IMG/VR virus record: IMGVR_UViG_3300045988_055475
Location: 1 to 61,216 of that record
DNA length: 61,216 nucleotides
Direction: 5' to 3' (one strand)
Source: a virus
Made by a program: the position numbers and the translations under genes. The notes beneath the pieces were generated by a model. That model saw nothing but the letters and a program-made list of their open reading frames with translations. It searched no databases and had not been told where the DNA came from. This document shows, piece after piece, positions 48,067 to 55,842 of this stretch (the first letter of the stretch is position 1; every line of letters begins with the position of its first letter).

Positions 48067-48321
48067 AGAAAAACCTCGTGAGTTGAAACGTGATGAGTAC
48101 CAACCATCATGGTCACAAGCATACGCTAAACTTGGTAAACATGACTGTACTACGTGGCAACGCTAGGAGAATAGCACGTTGATCTAATCCCTAGTTGCAT
48201 AGCAGGACTCACACAACCCACACAAGACAACCTCATGTGGAGGTGCTATCCCTACACAAGACCCCGTTACGCGACTAGTCGCACCTAGTACGTATAAGTC
48301 CTGCTATGTGCTAGAGGTTAG

Positions 48322-48435
48322 TTCTTCTTGCCAAACAACTTAATCGCTTCGTTGGCATAATCAACAGTGGAGATGGTGCAGAGACCGACTACCCAGACGT
48401 AGAACATGAACCCGGCAATGCGGGTGATCATTTGT
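48322..48435 (-). CDS. Tiny hydrophobic protein (37 aa), unlisted
   Basis: ATGA overlap with upstream tiny ORF; single TM. Confidence 0.3.
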
Positions 48436-48553
48436 CACCTTCCTTGTTTCCGAATATCATGCTGTCCAACGACCGCACACCACCGTAGATGCACAGTCCG
48501 GCTACCCCGAAGTGCAGGAAACTCATACCCAAAATCTGGAGAGCTTTCCACAT
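48431..48553 (-). CDS. Tiny hydrophobic protein (40 aa), unlisted
   Basis: TAATG overlap with stop of the 187-aa gene; TM 'ILGMSFLHFGVAGLCIYGGV'. Confidence 0.35.
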
Positions 48554-49116
48554 TATTTCTTACCACCTTTACCCTGCTGCTGAGGTTTGGGCTGCTTGGT
48601 TTCCACCTTAAGAGCAGCGTCACTGGGAACCACATCAACAGCGGTGGGAGCAGGGGCCGGAGTGGGAGGAGTCATTTCCACCACACCGGCGTCAACAGTC
48701 ACAGGAGCAGGAACAGGCTGGCCGACCTGCATACCAAGGCGCTTGGCCACGGACTGGATGGCACGCTTAGCTTCTTCCGGATTGTTACCAGCCACGGTAT
48801 GCAAGTCCTGCATGATGTTGCCGGAGCCACCAACGGCAGGGCCGGTGGGGGTCACATTGAAGACAGGGCGAATCTTGCGACCAGTCCATTTACCAACAAC
48901 CCAGTCGAAGCCTTTCTGCACACCGGCGCAAGCCATCGCAGCGACAACGCCGCCAATGCAGGTGACCACAGCGTTCTGTACCTGCTGACCGATGGTGGTG
49001 GGCTGAGACGGAATGACCGAGGTGGCAATGGTGATGCCTTCTTTCGGGCCGTTCTGATTGCCACCTTTCTGCTTCTGCTGGTTCTGGTTGTTGTTGTTGT
49101 TCTGATCACCGCTCAT
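48553..49116 (-). CDS. Low-complexity Q/N/P-rich protein with hydrophobic core segment (187 aa)
   Basis: 'NNNNNQNQQKQKGGNQNG' N-terminus, 'PPTPAPAPT' and 'KQPKPQQQGKGGKK' C-terminus. Confidence 0.5.
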   Translation of the reverse strand: MSGDQNNNNNQNQQKQKGGNQNGPKEGITIATSVIPSQPTTIGQQVQNAVVTCIGGVVAAMACAGVQKGFDWVVGKWTGRKIRPVFNVTPTGPAVGGSGNIMQDLHTVAGNNPEEAKRAIQSVAKRLGMQVGQPVPAPVTVDAGVVEMTPPTPAPAPTAVDVVPSDAALKVETKQPKPQQQGKGGKK

Positions 49117-49517
49117 GTTGTAAACTCCTCTTCAGGTTTACGCTGGAGATGATAAAAGTGAGGACACCCGGGTAAGTCTCCAGTTATTTCATACCCGAGA
49201 TGTTGATAGAATCTGACAGCATCTGTGTTCGACTTGAGTGTACTCAAACTGAACCAGTGCTCAGGGTACTGCTGGTGCAAGGTGCGAAGTATCTGTCCTC
49301 CAATACCTACACCACGGTAGCGCACCCCAATCCAGTAGACGTAGACATATCTGACACGCTCGCCAGACTTGAACTCGTCAAAGATAGCAGCACCAACTGG
49401 GTAGCCATCGTCATCATACAGAGTGTAGGAGAGGTTGTCACGGTTTGACATGACATCCTCGATCCTATCATCGAAGACTTCACATAGGATGTCTAGGGCG
49501 TCTTGGTCAACACTCAC
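49113..49517 (-). CDS. GNAT-family N-acetyltransferase (134 aa)
   Basis: 'YVYVYWIGVRYRGVGIGGQIL' acetyl-CoA-binding motif A; ATGA overlap with downstream gene. Confidence 0.7.
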   Translation of the reverse strand: MSVDQDALDILCEVFDDRIEDVMSNRDNLSYTLYDDDGYPVGAAIFDEFKSGERVRYVYVYWIGVRYRGVGIGGQILRTLHQQYPEHWFSLSTLKSNTDAVRFYQHLGYEITGDLPGCPHFYHLQRKPEEEFTT

Positions 49518-49552
49518 AGCAACCTCTCCTAGTTAAAGGTTAAAGAAGAAAG

Positions 49553-49702
49553 CTAGTCCTTCTTGTCCTCCACCGGCTTGACATCAACAGTCTGGTCGGA
49601 AGCCGGGGCCGAGAACAGCGCCTGCTTGCCTTCCTTGAAAGCGAAGGAACCAGCGACGGCGGCGATGACGGCATACACAACGGGCTTCAGGAAACGGAAC
49701 AT
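49553..49702 (-). CDS. Small single-TM membrane protein (49 aa from refined start)
   Basis: RBS 'aaaggag' 7 nt before ATG 49702; TM 'PVVYAVIAAVAGSFAF'. Confidence 0.5.
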   Translation of the reverse strand: MFRFLKPVVYAVIAAVAGSFAFKEGKQALFSAPASDQTVDVKPVEDKKD

Positions 49703-49781
49703 AAGAATCTCCTTTGTTAAAGTGTGACAGGAAAGAGACAAGGACCATCCCTGCCTCTACACCTGTCACACTCCAGCCCTG

Positions 49782-50066
49782 TTACATGGTGAAGTCATAT
49801 GCCTTTCGTTGCAGGTTCTTGTCGAAGTTGGTTTCATCCACACGTTTGCACGTCCCTTGCTGATAACACATCAGCAGTTTGCCACAGTTGCTTTTCAAGA
49901 GACTGGTGCCAGACTTGGGGCAGGTGAGAAAGTTGCCTGCGTTCTTCAGCTTCCACTCTTCCACCTCTTCTTCGGTGAGCTGAGGTGACTTCTTCGGAAG
50001 GAATCGAGGGGGAGCATAAGGGTCTTTCTGAGACCAGTAGTCCAGCTTGTCATGATACGTAGCCAT
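49782..50066 (-). CDS. Hypothetical Cys-containing protein (94 aa)
   Basis: RBS 'aaggag'. Confidence 0.5.
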   Translation of the reverse strand: MATYHDKLDYWSQKDPYAPPRFLPKKSPQLTEEEVEEWKLKNAGNFLTCPKSGTSLLKSNCGKLLMCYQQGTCKRVDETNFDKNLQRKAYDFTM

Positions 50067-50149
50067 AAACTTTCTCCTTGTTATGTAAACGGACTGGGAT
50101 TAGCAGAGAGCAACCAACCCCAGTCCGAGTAGAGGTTAAAGACAAGAGG

Positions 50150-50557
50150 CTAGAATGCCGAGGTGAATAAGGCCTTGACTCTCTTTAGTCCAGTCAGAGG
50201 TTGTACCTTGTTCACATGCAGAGCATCCAGCAGCATCTCTCTTACGGGGGTTCTTCGCAGTGACCTAACAACGAGGTGTAAGACATACCATCTACTCCTA
50301 GTTGTAGCCATAGCGTCGATGAGGTCAGCCATCACCAAACTGGTTTCACATGTGAACACAAAGGTTCTCATGAGAATCCCCATCGAGTACAGCTTGTTAA
50401 GTTCCTCCGTCAACACGTGCCTGCAATGCTTGTACTCTCTATAACGTGCTCGGGTAAAAGCACACAGCCCCACGCCAACTACCAGTGCACCACCATGTAG
50501 ATAGACTTGTCGCACTACAGGGTTGGACACCATGAGTTCTCCTAGTATATCAAACAT
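50150..50557 (-). CDS. Hypothetical membrane-associated protein (135 aa from refined start)
   Basis: RBS 'aaaggag' 7 nt before ATG 50557; TM 'ALVVGVGLCAF'. Confidence 0.5.
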   Translation of the reverse strand: MFDILGELMVSNPVVRQVYLHGGALVVGVGLCAFTRARYREYKHCRHVLTEELNKLYSMGILMRTFVFTCETSLVMADLIDAMATTRSRWYVLHLVVRSLRRTPVREMLLDALHVNKVQPLTGLKRVKALFTSAF

Positions 50558-51003
50558 GACTGGCTCCTTTGTAGTCAGTAAGTTGATCTTATGAAGGACA
50601 TGATGCACATCGCTAGACTATCTTACCTGCCATATTCAGTAACAACTTCGCAGCATGGCTAGCCGGTACTCATGTTACTTGCGTCATCCACTAGCTTTGT
50701 GTTCGACCCAGACACAAGTTGTGTATCCGTAGTTTGCTTTTGATGTGCCGACATTGAGCACAGTATCAGCAGCCATCGAGGATTCTACACCTCACTCTGA
50801 TACACAAGTTTGCAAAGCGTTTACCTAACCAACAATTCATTAGCCACCCTAAGTCTACATGTTCGGTGGAGCGGACCTTGTGCGGAGGCTGCAACCTACC
50901 AGTTGCGTTGGCTCTCTTGTACACGACAGTGTCTGCCTTACTCCTTTCACTTGCAACCTAGTTCCAAACAAGGCCGAGTTGCCCCGGCCCTGCTTGTTAT
51001 GGG

Positions 51004-51504
51004 TTACATGGGATGGGAGTTAACGAGGGGCTTGATTTTATCCATCACATCCTTGGTCAGAATCTTGGACATGATGAACTCCTCAATGCCCGAGGCTTCA
51101 CGCAGAGCGTCGACAGAGGCAAGCGTTGCCGCATCGATGGCCGTCATGAAGTACTTGGCCTTCGGGTCGTCTTCGCCAACGTTCGAGACAAACGCACCGC
51201 CCATGATGGACAGAGCCTGTGCCAAGCTGAACTTGAACAGAGCTTCGTTCAGCGGATTGGATTTGATGAATCCGCCCATGCCCCAAGGCAGGCCGGATGC
51301 AATCACATCGGTCACGTTGTTCAGAACCAGACGACCAGCAGCGAGCTTGGTGATAACCACACCGGCTTCCTTGGTCTTGTCAATCTGACGGTGCATGGTG
51401 GGGGAACTGGTCACGCTTTTGGCAAGGCCGATAACCTTGGCACCGAAACCCATGGGCTCGTGCGCTTCTTCCACGTCGATGATGAACTCATTGTTTTTGT
51501 TCAT
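51004..51504 (-). CDS. Hypothetical protein (166 aa)
   Basis: Protein-like ORF in GC-rich island. Confidence 0.5.
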   Translation of the reverse strand: MNKNNEFIIDVEEAHEPMGFGAKVIGLAKSVTSSPTMHRQIDKTKEAGVVITKLAAGRLVLNNVTDVIASGLPWGMGGFIKSNPLNEALFKFSLAQALSIMGGAFVSNVGEDDPKAKYFMTAIDAATLASVDALREASGIEEFIMSKILTKDVMDKIKPLVNSHPM

Positions 51505-51534
51505 GTGTTACATACCTCCATGAGTTTCAGTGTG

Positions 51535-52584
51535 TTACTTGCTGGCCTTGGCGATCTCTTCGGAGATCTGCTTGCACTTGTTCTGCAGGGCGATGCTGCG
51601 CTTGCGCAGGTTCTGGATGCTATTACGCTTTTCTTCCAAAGCCTTCTCAGCACCGGACTTGATGATGGGGTCGTTGATCTTGGTGATGGTCTTTTCGCTG
51701 GCAGCGAGAGCCTTTTCACCTTCACGCAGTTCAGCTTCCACATTGGTCAGTTCATCGGTGGCTTCAGCCAGACGGCTCTCACGAACCTTGTTCATGCGGG
51801 CATCGTTCTTCCGCTTCTGAATGGCCTTGGTCACCACGTCACGGTGGAACTTGCAGAGGTAGCTGCCTTCCAGCTTGCGTTCATCATCGGTGATGTATTC
51901 CTGCGTGTCCTTGTCGGTGGGAAGATGGAAAGGCTTCTGCTCGGCCACCTTGCGAAGGACACTGCCGCAACCTTCAAAGGCGCAGCGAAGCACAGGCTTC
52001 TCGGTCTTACCAGCCTTGGCGTCCTTGTTGGGCAGGAGAAGAGGCGTAGCCACTTCAGGGCCGACCTTCACGGACACAGGTTCAGCTGTGGTTTCTTCCT
52101 TGACTTCGGCCTTGATGGGATTCTCGATGGCGTTGGCGGTGACACCAGCGGGCTTGGCTTGCGTGGAGAACCGGGGCTTGGTTTCCTTGGTGCCGTCATC
52201 CTTGGGCAGAACACCGAGCATCTGGAGGAAAGGCTTGGAGTCGAAGGTCTTGGAAACCACAGCCTGCATGTCAGCGGTCGCGCTGTCTTCCGCCGTGCCG
52301 CGCATCTGGAACACACCCGCCTCGTCACACACACGCAGGAGTTCATCGGCAGCGTCCATCGTCATGCCGAGTCCGAGGTAGTGAAGGGCTTTGCCGTGGG
52401 CGGTGTCCGGGTCAGCGAGGGAAGCAGCGGTCAGCACAGCGGAGGACGTAAGCACACCCTGAAGCACGGTGGGATTGGCAAAGAGGGCTTCCTTCGCAGC
52501 CTTACCAGCGATACGGGCGGTCACGAGCTTGCCAGCTTCAGCGTTGGAGTCGAGGACGATCTTGAAGATGTTGCGCATGGACAT
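51535..52584 (-). CDS. Hypothetical protein with central C/C/C/H zinc-binding-like site and C-terminal coiled coil (349 aa)
   Basis: 'CAFEGCGSVL...CKFH'; E/K-rich heptad-like C-terminus. Confidence 0.55.
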   Translation of the reverse strand: MSMRNIFKIVLDSNAEAGKLVTARIAGKAAKEALFANPTVLQGVLTSSAVLTAASLADPDTAHGKALHYLGLGMTMDAADELLRVCDEAGVFQMRGTAEDSATADMQAVVSKTFDSKPFLQMLGVLPKDDGTKETKPRFSTQAKPAGVTANAIENPIKAEVKEETTAEPVSVKVGPEVATPLLLPNKDAKAGKTEKPVLRCAFEGCGSVLRKVAEQKPFHLPTDKDTQEYITDDERKLEGSYLCKFHRDVVTKAIQKRKNDARMNKVRESRLAEATDELTNVEAELREGEKALAASEKTITKINDPIIKSGAEKALEEKRNSIQNLRKRSIALQNKCKQISEEIAKASK

Positions 52585-52650
52585 AGTAAGTACTCCTAAT
52601 GGTTTGATGGTTGCTGTTCGTTGTCTGTTTATATGGTACAGTAACAGATG

Positions 52651-53088
52651 TTACTTGCCCCGCTTGGAAGGTTCAGTGCCTATGATGTAGGCAATGGCAT
52701 CGGCCTCAGCTTTACCGATGTCAAGAACAGAGAAGCCGACAGACCTCACCGGAATGTCGTCATCAGGTTGCGACAGTTCCATTCCCATGCCGGGATATTT
52801 ATGGGCAAGATACTTGTCCTTACCCCGGCGCTGACGTTCACGTGCAATAGCAGCGGCCTGCGATCTGGTCTTACCACACACAGGACATTTGCACGTGGGA
52901 CACAGGCGTTCATACTTGTCACCAACAGGCACGAGTTCCAGCCTGCGCTTGACGCGTTCAATGATGCGGGCCTGCGGGCTATCATGACCATAGAACTCAA
53001 CCAGTTCCTCAAAGAACTTGACAACCTCATGGTCAAGCGTAGCAGAACCAACTGGTGTTCCCATAGAATATATCTCCTTGTTGTTCAT
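52651..53088 (-). CDS. Hypothetical Zn-ribbon protein (145 aa; may start at second Met, 53064)
   Basis: 'CPTCKCPVCGK'; a strong RBS 'aaggag' precedes the internal ATG. Confidence 0.5.
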   Translation of the reverse strand: MNNKEIYSMGTPVGSATLDHEVVKFFEELVEFYGHDSPQARIIERVKRRLELVPVGDKYERLCPTCKCPVCGKTRSQAAAIARERQRRGKDKYLAHKYPGMGMELSQPDDDIPVRSVGFSVLDIGKAEADAIAYIIGTEPSKRGK

Positions 53089-53243
53089 TGGTTTCTCTGT
53101 AGATGTTAAGCCAGTCCTCTACGAGTTCTACTGCCTGCGGTCTGTCGGACTCATCACAGAGTCCAAACCTAAGCATGTAGTCAAAGATAGCTTGATAGTC
53201 TACCTCCATGTTGTAGTCCTTGTTTATATGACACCTGAATTAT

Positions 53244-53522
53244 TCAGGTTCTGTCGTGTTGGATGAGGGCTTTGATGTGAGCCAGACTGATGTCAGGACA
53301 AACAAAGGTGTAAAAGATTGCTGCGGGATTCGCTGCAATGAGACACTTAAGCGCACGCTCAACAGCAATTGCCCTGTTGTGACACCGTTTCGTGCGCATG
53401 GGGTCGATGTTCATCATGCATCTTTTGCCGTCCTGTTCTACGTAACGATAGCAAGACTCAATGTCTTGTGTGAACAAGAGCCACAAGGCCCTAAGCTCAC
53501 TGAATTCGAAAAGAGAAAGCAT
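53244..53522 (-). CDS. Hypothetical protein, paralogue A of a duplicated pair (92 aa)
   Basis: Aligns along its length with the 54110 gene (EF.ELR.LWL...R.......DG........R..R...R.IAV.RALKCLIA..PAA.FY.FVCP). Confidence 0.55.
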   Translation of the reverse strand: MLSLFEFSELRALWLLFTQDIESCYRYVEQDGKRCMMNIDPMRTKRCHNRAIAVERALKCLIAANPAAIFYTFVCPDISLAHIKALIQHDRT

Positions 53523-53742
53523 CTCTTACCTCCTTACGCACACGCAGGATATCCTGCCATGTTATGTTTAGGTGTTTATCAATGATGCGAGAGCAGCAAA
53601 TTATCATGTCATCCAAAGATGCAATCGACTTGGCATACACTCGCTCGTCCATGTGCTGTCTTTTCTGTCGAAGGTCTTCCTTGATGTCCTGTACTTCACG
53701 TAAAAGGTTGAAGGCTTGACATGCCTGTTCTGATGGGTACAT
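53497..53742 (-). CDS. Small hypothetical protein (81 aa)
   Basis: Operon context. Confidence 0.4.
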   Translation of the reverse strand: MYPSEQACQAFNLLREVQDIKEDLRQKRQHMDERVYAKSIASLDDMIICCSRIIDKHLNITWQDILRVRKEVRDAFSFRIQ

Positions 53743-53747
53743 CGTAC

Positions 53748-54074
53748 TTACTCCTTGTTGGAGAAGTACTCCAAGCAGTCTTCCATCACACCGATGGCAG
53801 GAGTAACCTTCCTCAAGAAAGGATGCTTTTCAAACACGGCCAGATGTTCAAGGGACTCATCCCGATATGCCCGGAGCAGAGCGAGAGCCCGCATAAGAAT
53901 GTCAATGTCGCTGACCACAGCAGCATTGCCACTGACATCGTCATCGGCCTTGTCTTTGTCAGTGATAAAGGAGATGACGTTGATGTAGTCTTCCAACTTT
54001 TCCGGGGAGATTTTGGTCACGTTTGCAGCGAGTGCAAGCATCGTCTTGAGGATGAGAGTTTCGTCAGCAGTCAT
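53748..54074 (-). CDS. Hypothetical acidic protein (108 aa)
   Basis: Operon context. Confidence 0.45.
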   Translation of the reverse strand: MTADETLILKTMLALAANVTKISPEKLEDYINVISFITDKDKADDDVSGNAAVVSDIDILMRALALLRAYRDESLEHLAVFEKHPFLRKVTPAIGVMEDCLEYFSNKE

Positions 54075-54109
54075 GTATTATATCTCCTTATGTATGACGC
54101 CTGATTTAT

Positions 54110-54391
54110 TTAGGCATTGTCATGTCGAGTAAGGGCATCACTGTAGTGAAGGCAGACAGTAGGACACACAAAAGCGTAGAAGACTGCAGCAGGATATTTT
54201 GCAATGAGGCACTTGAGTGCACGATCAACTGCAACTATCCTTTTGTAGTATCGCTTCATGCGCTCGCTGTCGATACCAGTAGGCACCATTTTGCCATCCT
54301 TCTTTACGTAGGTATGGCAACGTTTGAGTTCAAGGCTGTACTTCAACCACAGATGTCTGAGCTCACCGAATTCTTCCAGCGTAAACATCAT
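54110..54391 (-). CDS. Hypothetical protein, paralogue B of the duplicated pair (93 aa)
   Basis: See 53244 gene. Confidence 0.55.
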   Translation of the reverse strand: MMFTLEEFGELRHLWLKYSLELKRCHTYVKKDGKMVPTGIDSERMKRYYKRIVAVDRALKCLIAKYPAAVFYAFVCPTVCLHYSDALTRHDNA

Positions 54392-54397
54392 ACCCCC

Positions 54398-54739
54398 TTA
54401 GTTGAGAGTGTTCCGGTCAATGCATTCCTTCATCACATCCATGTGCTTGAGAAGGTCAGCAAGAATCCACGCAAAACGGTACGCGTCTGCCGCTTCAAGG
54501 CCATAGCCATCCTTCATGATTGCGTACATTTCAGTGTCCATGAAGTGGCCCTTGTCAAGCAGCATCTTGGCTCTGACCATCAGTGCCACGGGAACATATT
54601 GGTATTCTTGAAAGAGTCTTCCTTCGGGATCATGGAAGTTCCTAACAGTTTCCGCAAGACCCAGAGACGGCATGACAGAAAGCAATACCGTACCACAAAG
54701 AACGCCAGCGAAAACAGACTTCTTAAAATGCTTAAACAT
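54398..54739 (-). CDS. Secreted/periplasmic protein with N-terminal signal peptide (113 aa)
   Basis: 'MFKHFKKSVFAGVLCGTVLLSVMPSLGLA-ET' signal peptide with A-x-A-like cleavage. Confidence 0.55.
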   Translation of the reverse strand: MFKHFKKSVFAGVLCGTVLLSVMPSLGLAETVRNFHDPEGRLFQEYQYVPVALMVRAKMLLDKGHFMDTEMYAIMKDGYGLEAADAYRFAWILADLLKHMDVMKECIDRNTLN

Positions 54740-54909
54740 ACAGACCTACCTTTGATGTATGGATGTTGTGACATAGCATTACTTAGTTGAATGATGTAAT
54801 CATAGCAGCAGCTATAGTTATGTGCATACCAGTCCTTATAAAAGAACTTCCTTGCACGCTGTGCCATGCAGTCCGTAGCCAACTTGCTAACCATATGGTC
54901 AAGCATCGT

Positions 54910-55086
54910 TTACAGTCCTATCGCATGGAAGATGCTAGGATTGGACATGTATGTGGTCAGCTCTGTGGATACCATGTTCATAAGGGACTCTCCCCACGAC
55001 TGATTGCCTGCGCATCCGCTCAACAGAAGTACACACAAGCAGATAAAGAAGAACATCCAGAACATTTGATTAGTGTACCATCTCAT
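54910..55086 (-). CDS. Small lipoprotein with lipobox (58 aa), unlisted
   Basis: 'MFFFICLCVLLLSGC' has a hydrophobic core then L-S-G-C lipobox; ATGA overlap with the upstream TM ORF. Confidence 0.45.
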   Translation of the reverse strand: MRWYTNQMFWMFFFICLCVLLLSGCAGNQSWGESLMNMVSTELTTYMSNPSIFHAIGL

Positions 55087-55235
55087 GACTGTCTCCCCCA
55101 GTTTCGCACGAGGAACAGACCCTGTGCATAGTAAGAACGAAAGGCATTCCGTCTATCCAAGTGCCTGCGGAACAGGTACATGGAACAACAGCCGAGGCCA
55201 AACGACGATACCATAATGACGAGTACTTCAAACAT
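55083..55235 (-). CDS. Small TM protein (50 aa from internal ATG of listed 87-aa ORF)
   Basis: TM 'FEVLVIMVSSFGLGCCSMYLF'; ATG overlaps upstream stop (ATGTTTGA). Confidence 0.35.
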   Translation of the reverse strand: MFEVLVIMVSSFGLGCCSMYLFRRHLDRRNAFRSYYAQGLFLVRNWGRQS

Positions 55236-55539
55236 CACGACCTTCCCATATAAGCGTGCGCATTCTGTTCTTTCCCTTGGGAATCTTGACTCGCACTTTA
55301 AGTTTAAGTATCCAGACATTATCCTTCTTAAAGTAGAACTTGACACTAGTCGGATGAATATCTGGCCTGTTGATTTGTTCTCGTGCCCATTTGACTATGT
55401 CCTTTTTAAAGTAGAACGTCTTGAAGGCACACAATTCCCCTATATAGCGGCCTGTCTTTTTATACAGGCGACTACCATAAACGGCTACCCTATAATTAGC
55501 GTTAATCATAGGCATATCTCCTGTGGTTAGGTGTAACAA
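55228..55539 (-). CDS. Hypothetical basic protein (103 aa)
   Basis: Clean ORF. Confidence 0.5.
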   Translation of the reverse strand: MLHLTTGDMPMINANYRVAVYGSRLYKKTGRYIGELCAFKTFYFKKDIVKWAREQINRPDIHPTSVKFYFKKDNVWILKLKVRVKIPKGKNRMRTLIWEGRDV

Positions 55540-55587
55540 ACATCAATTGAAACAAGCTGATGCACAGCCTGTTTCTCAAATGTTTGT

Positions 55588-55782
55588 TTAGAAAAGTCTG
55601 TATATGATACAGGTGTTGATTTGTTCCATGAGTTCAATCAGTCGTTGAGTTTTCCAGTCTGTATAAACAGCTGGTGACAACAGAAAGGACTCTGACAGGT
55701 TATCGGCAAGGCGAAGATAACGCCTAGATAGAAACAGCCTTATGTCAGGCATGATTGAGCTCCCTTGTTGTACATAGGACAC
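55588..55782 (-). CDS. Small hypothetical protein (64 aa)
   Basis: Immediately downstream of terminator; weak. Confidence 0.3.
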   Translation of the reverse strand: MSYVQQGSSIMPDIRLFLSRRYLRLADNLSESFLLSPAVYTDWKTQRLIELMEQINTCIIYRLF

Positions 55783-55818
55783 AAAAAAGCTCCGATAAGT
55801 CCTAGCCTACCGGAGCTT
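55782..55818 (-). terminator. Rho-independent terminator after the 298-aa gene
   Basis: 7-bp stem 'agctccg'/'cggagct' with U6 tail on the minus strand (A6 on plus). Confidence 0.6.
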
Positions 55819-55842
55819 TAATGTGCTGTGAATGCGAGAGGT

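Noticed and set aside
48406-49152. 248-aa plus-strand ORF and 133-aa ORF in the GC-rich island
   Set aside because: Antisense to the Q/N/P-rich gene and GNAT operon; no ribosome-binding site; composition artefact.
50609-51003. tRNA-like hairpin 'ttgtgt-tcgacccag-acacaa'
   Set aside because: The loop is 9 nt, not 7, with no TTCRA motif and no acceptor or anticodon arms in register.
51013-52599. 528-aa plus-strand ORF across the GC-rich island
   Set aside because: Lies antisense to two minus-strand genes with proper ribosome-binding sites. Translation is Gly/Arg/His-rich junk expected from GC-rich antisense.
54580-54906. 108-aa minus-strand ORF overlapping the signal-peptide gene
   Set aside because: Its C-terminal half is an out-of-frame read of the 113-aa gene, which has a good ribosome-binding site. 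The first roughly 55 aa could be real but cannot be separated without data.
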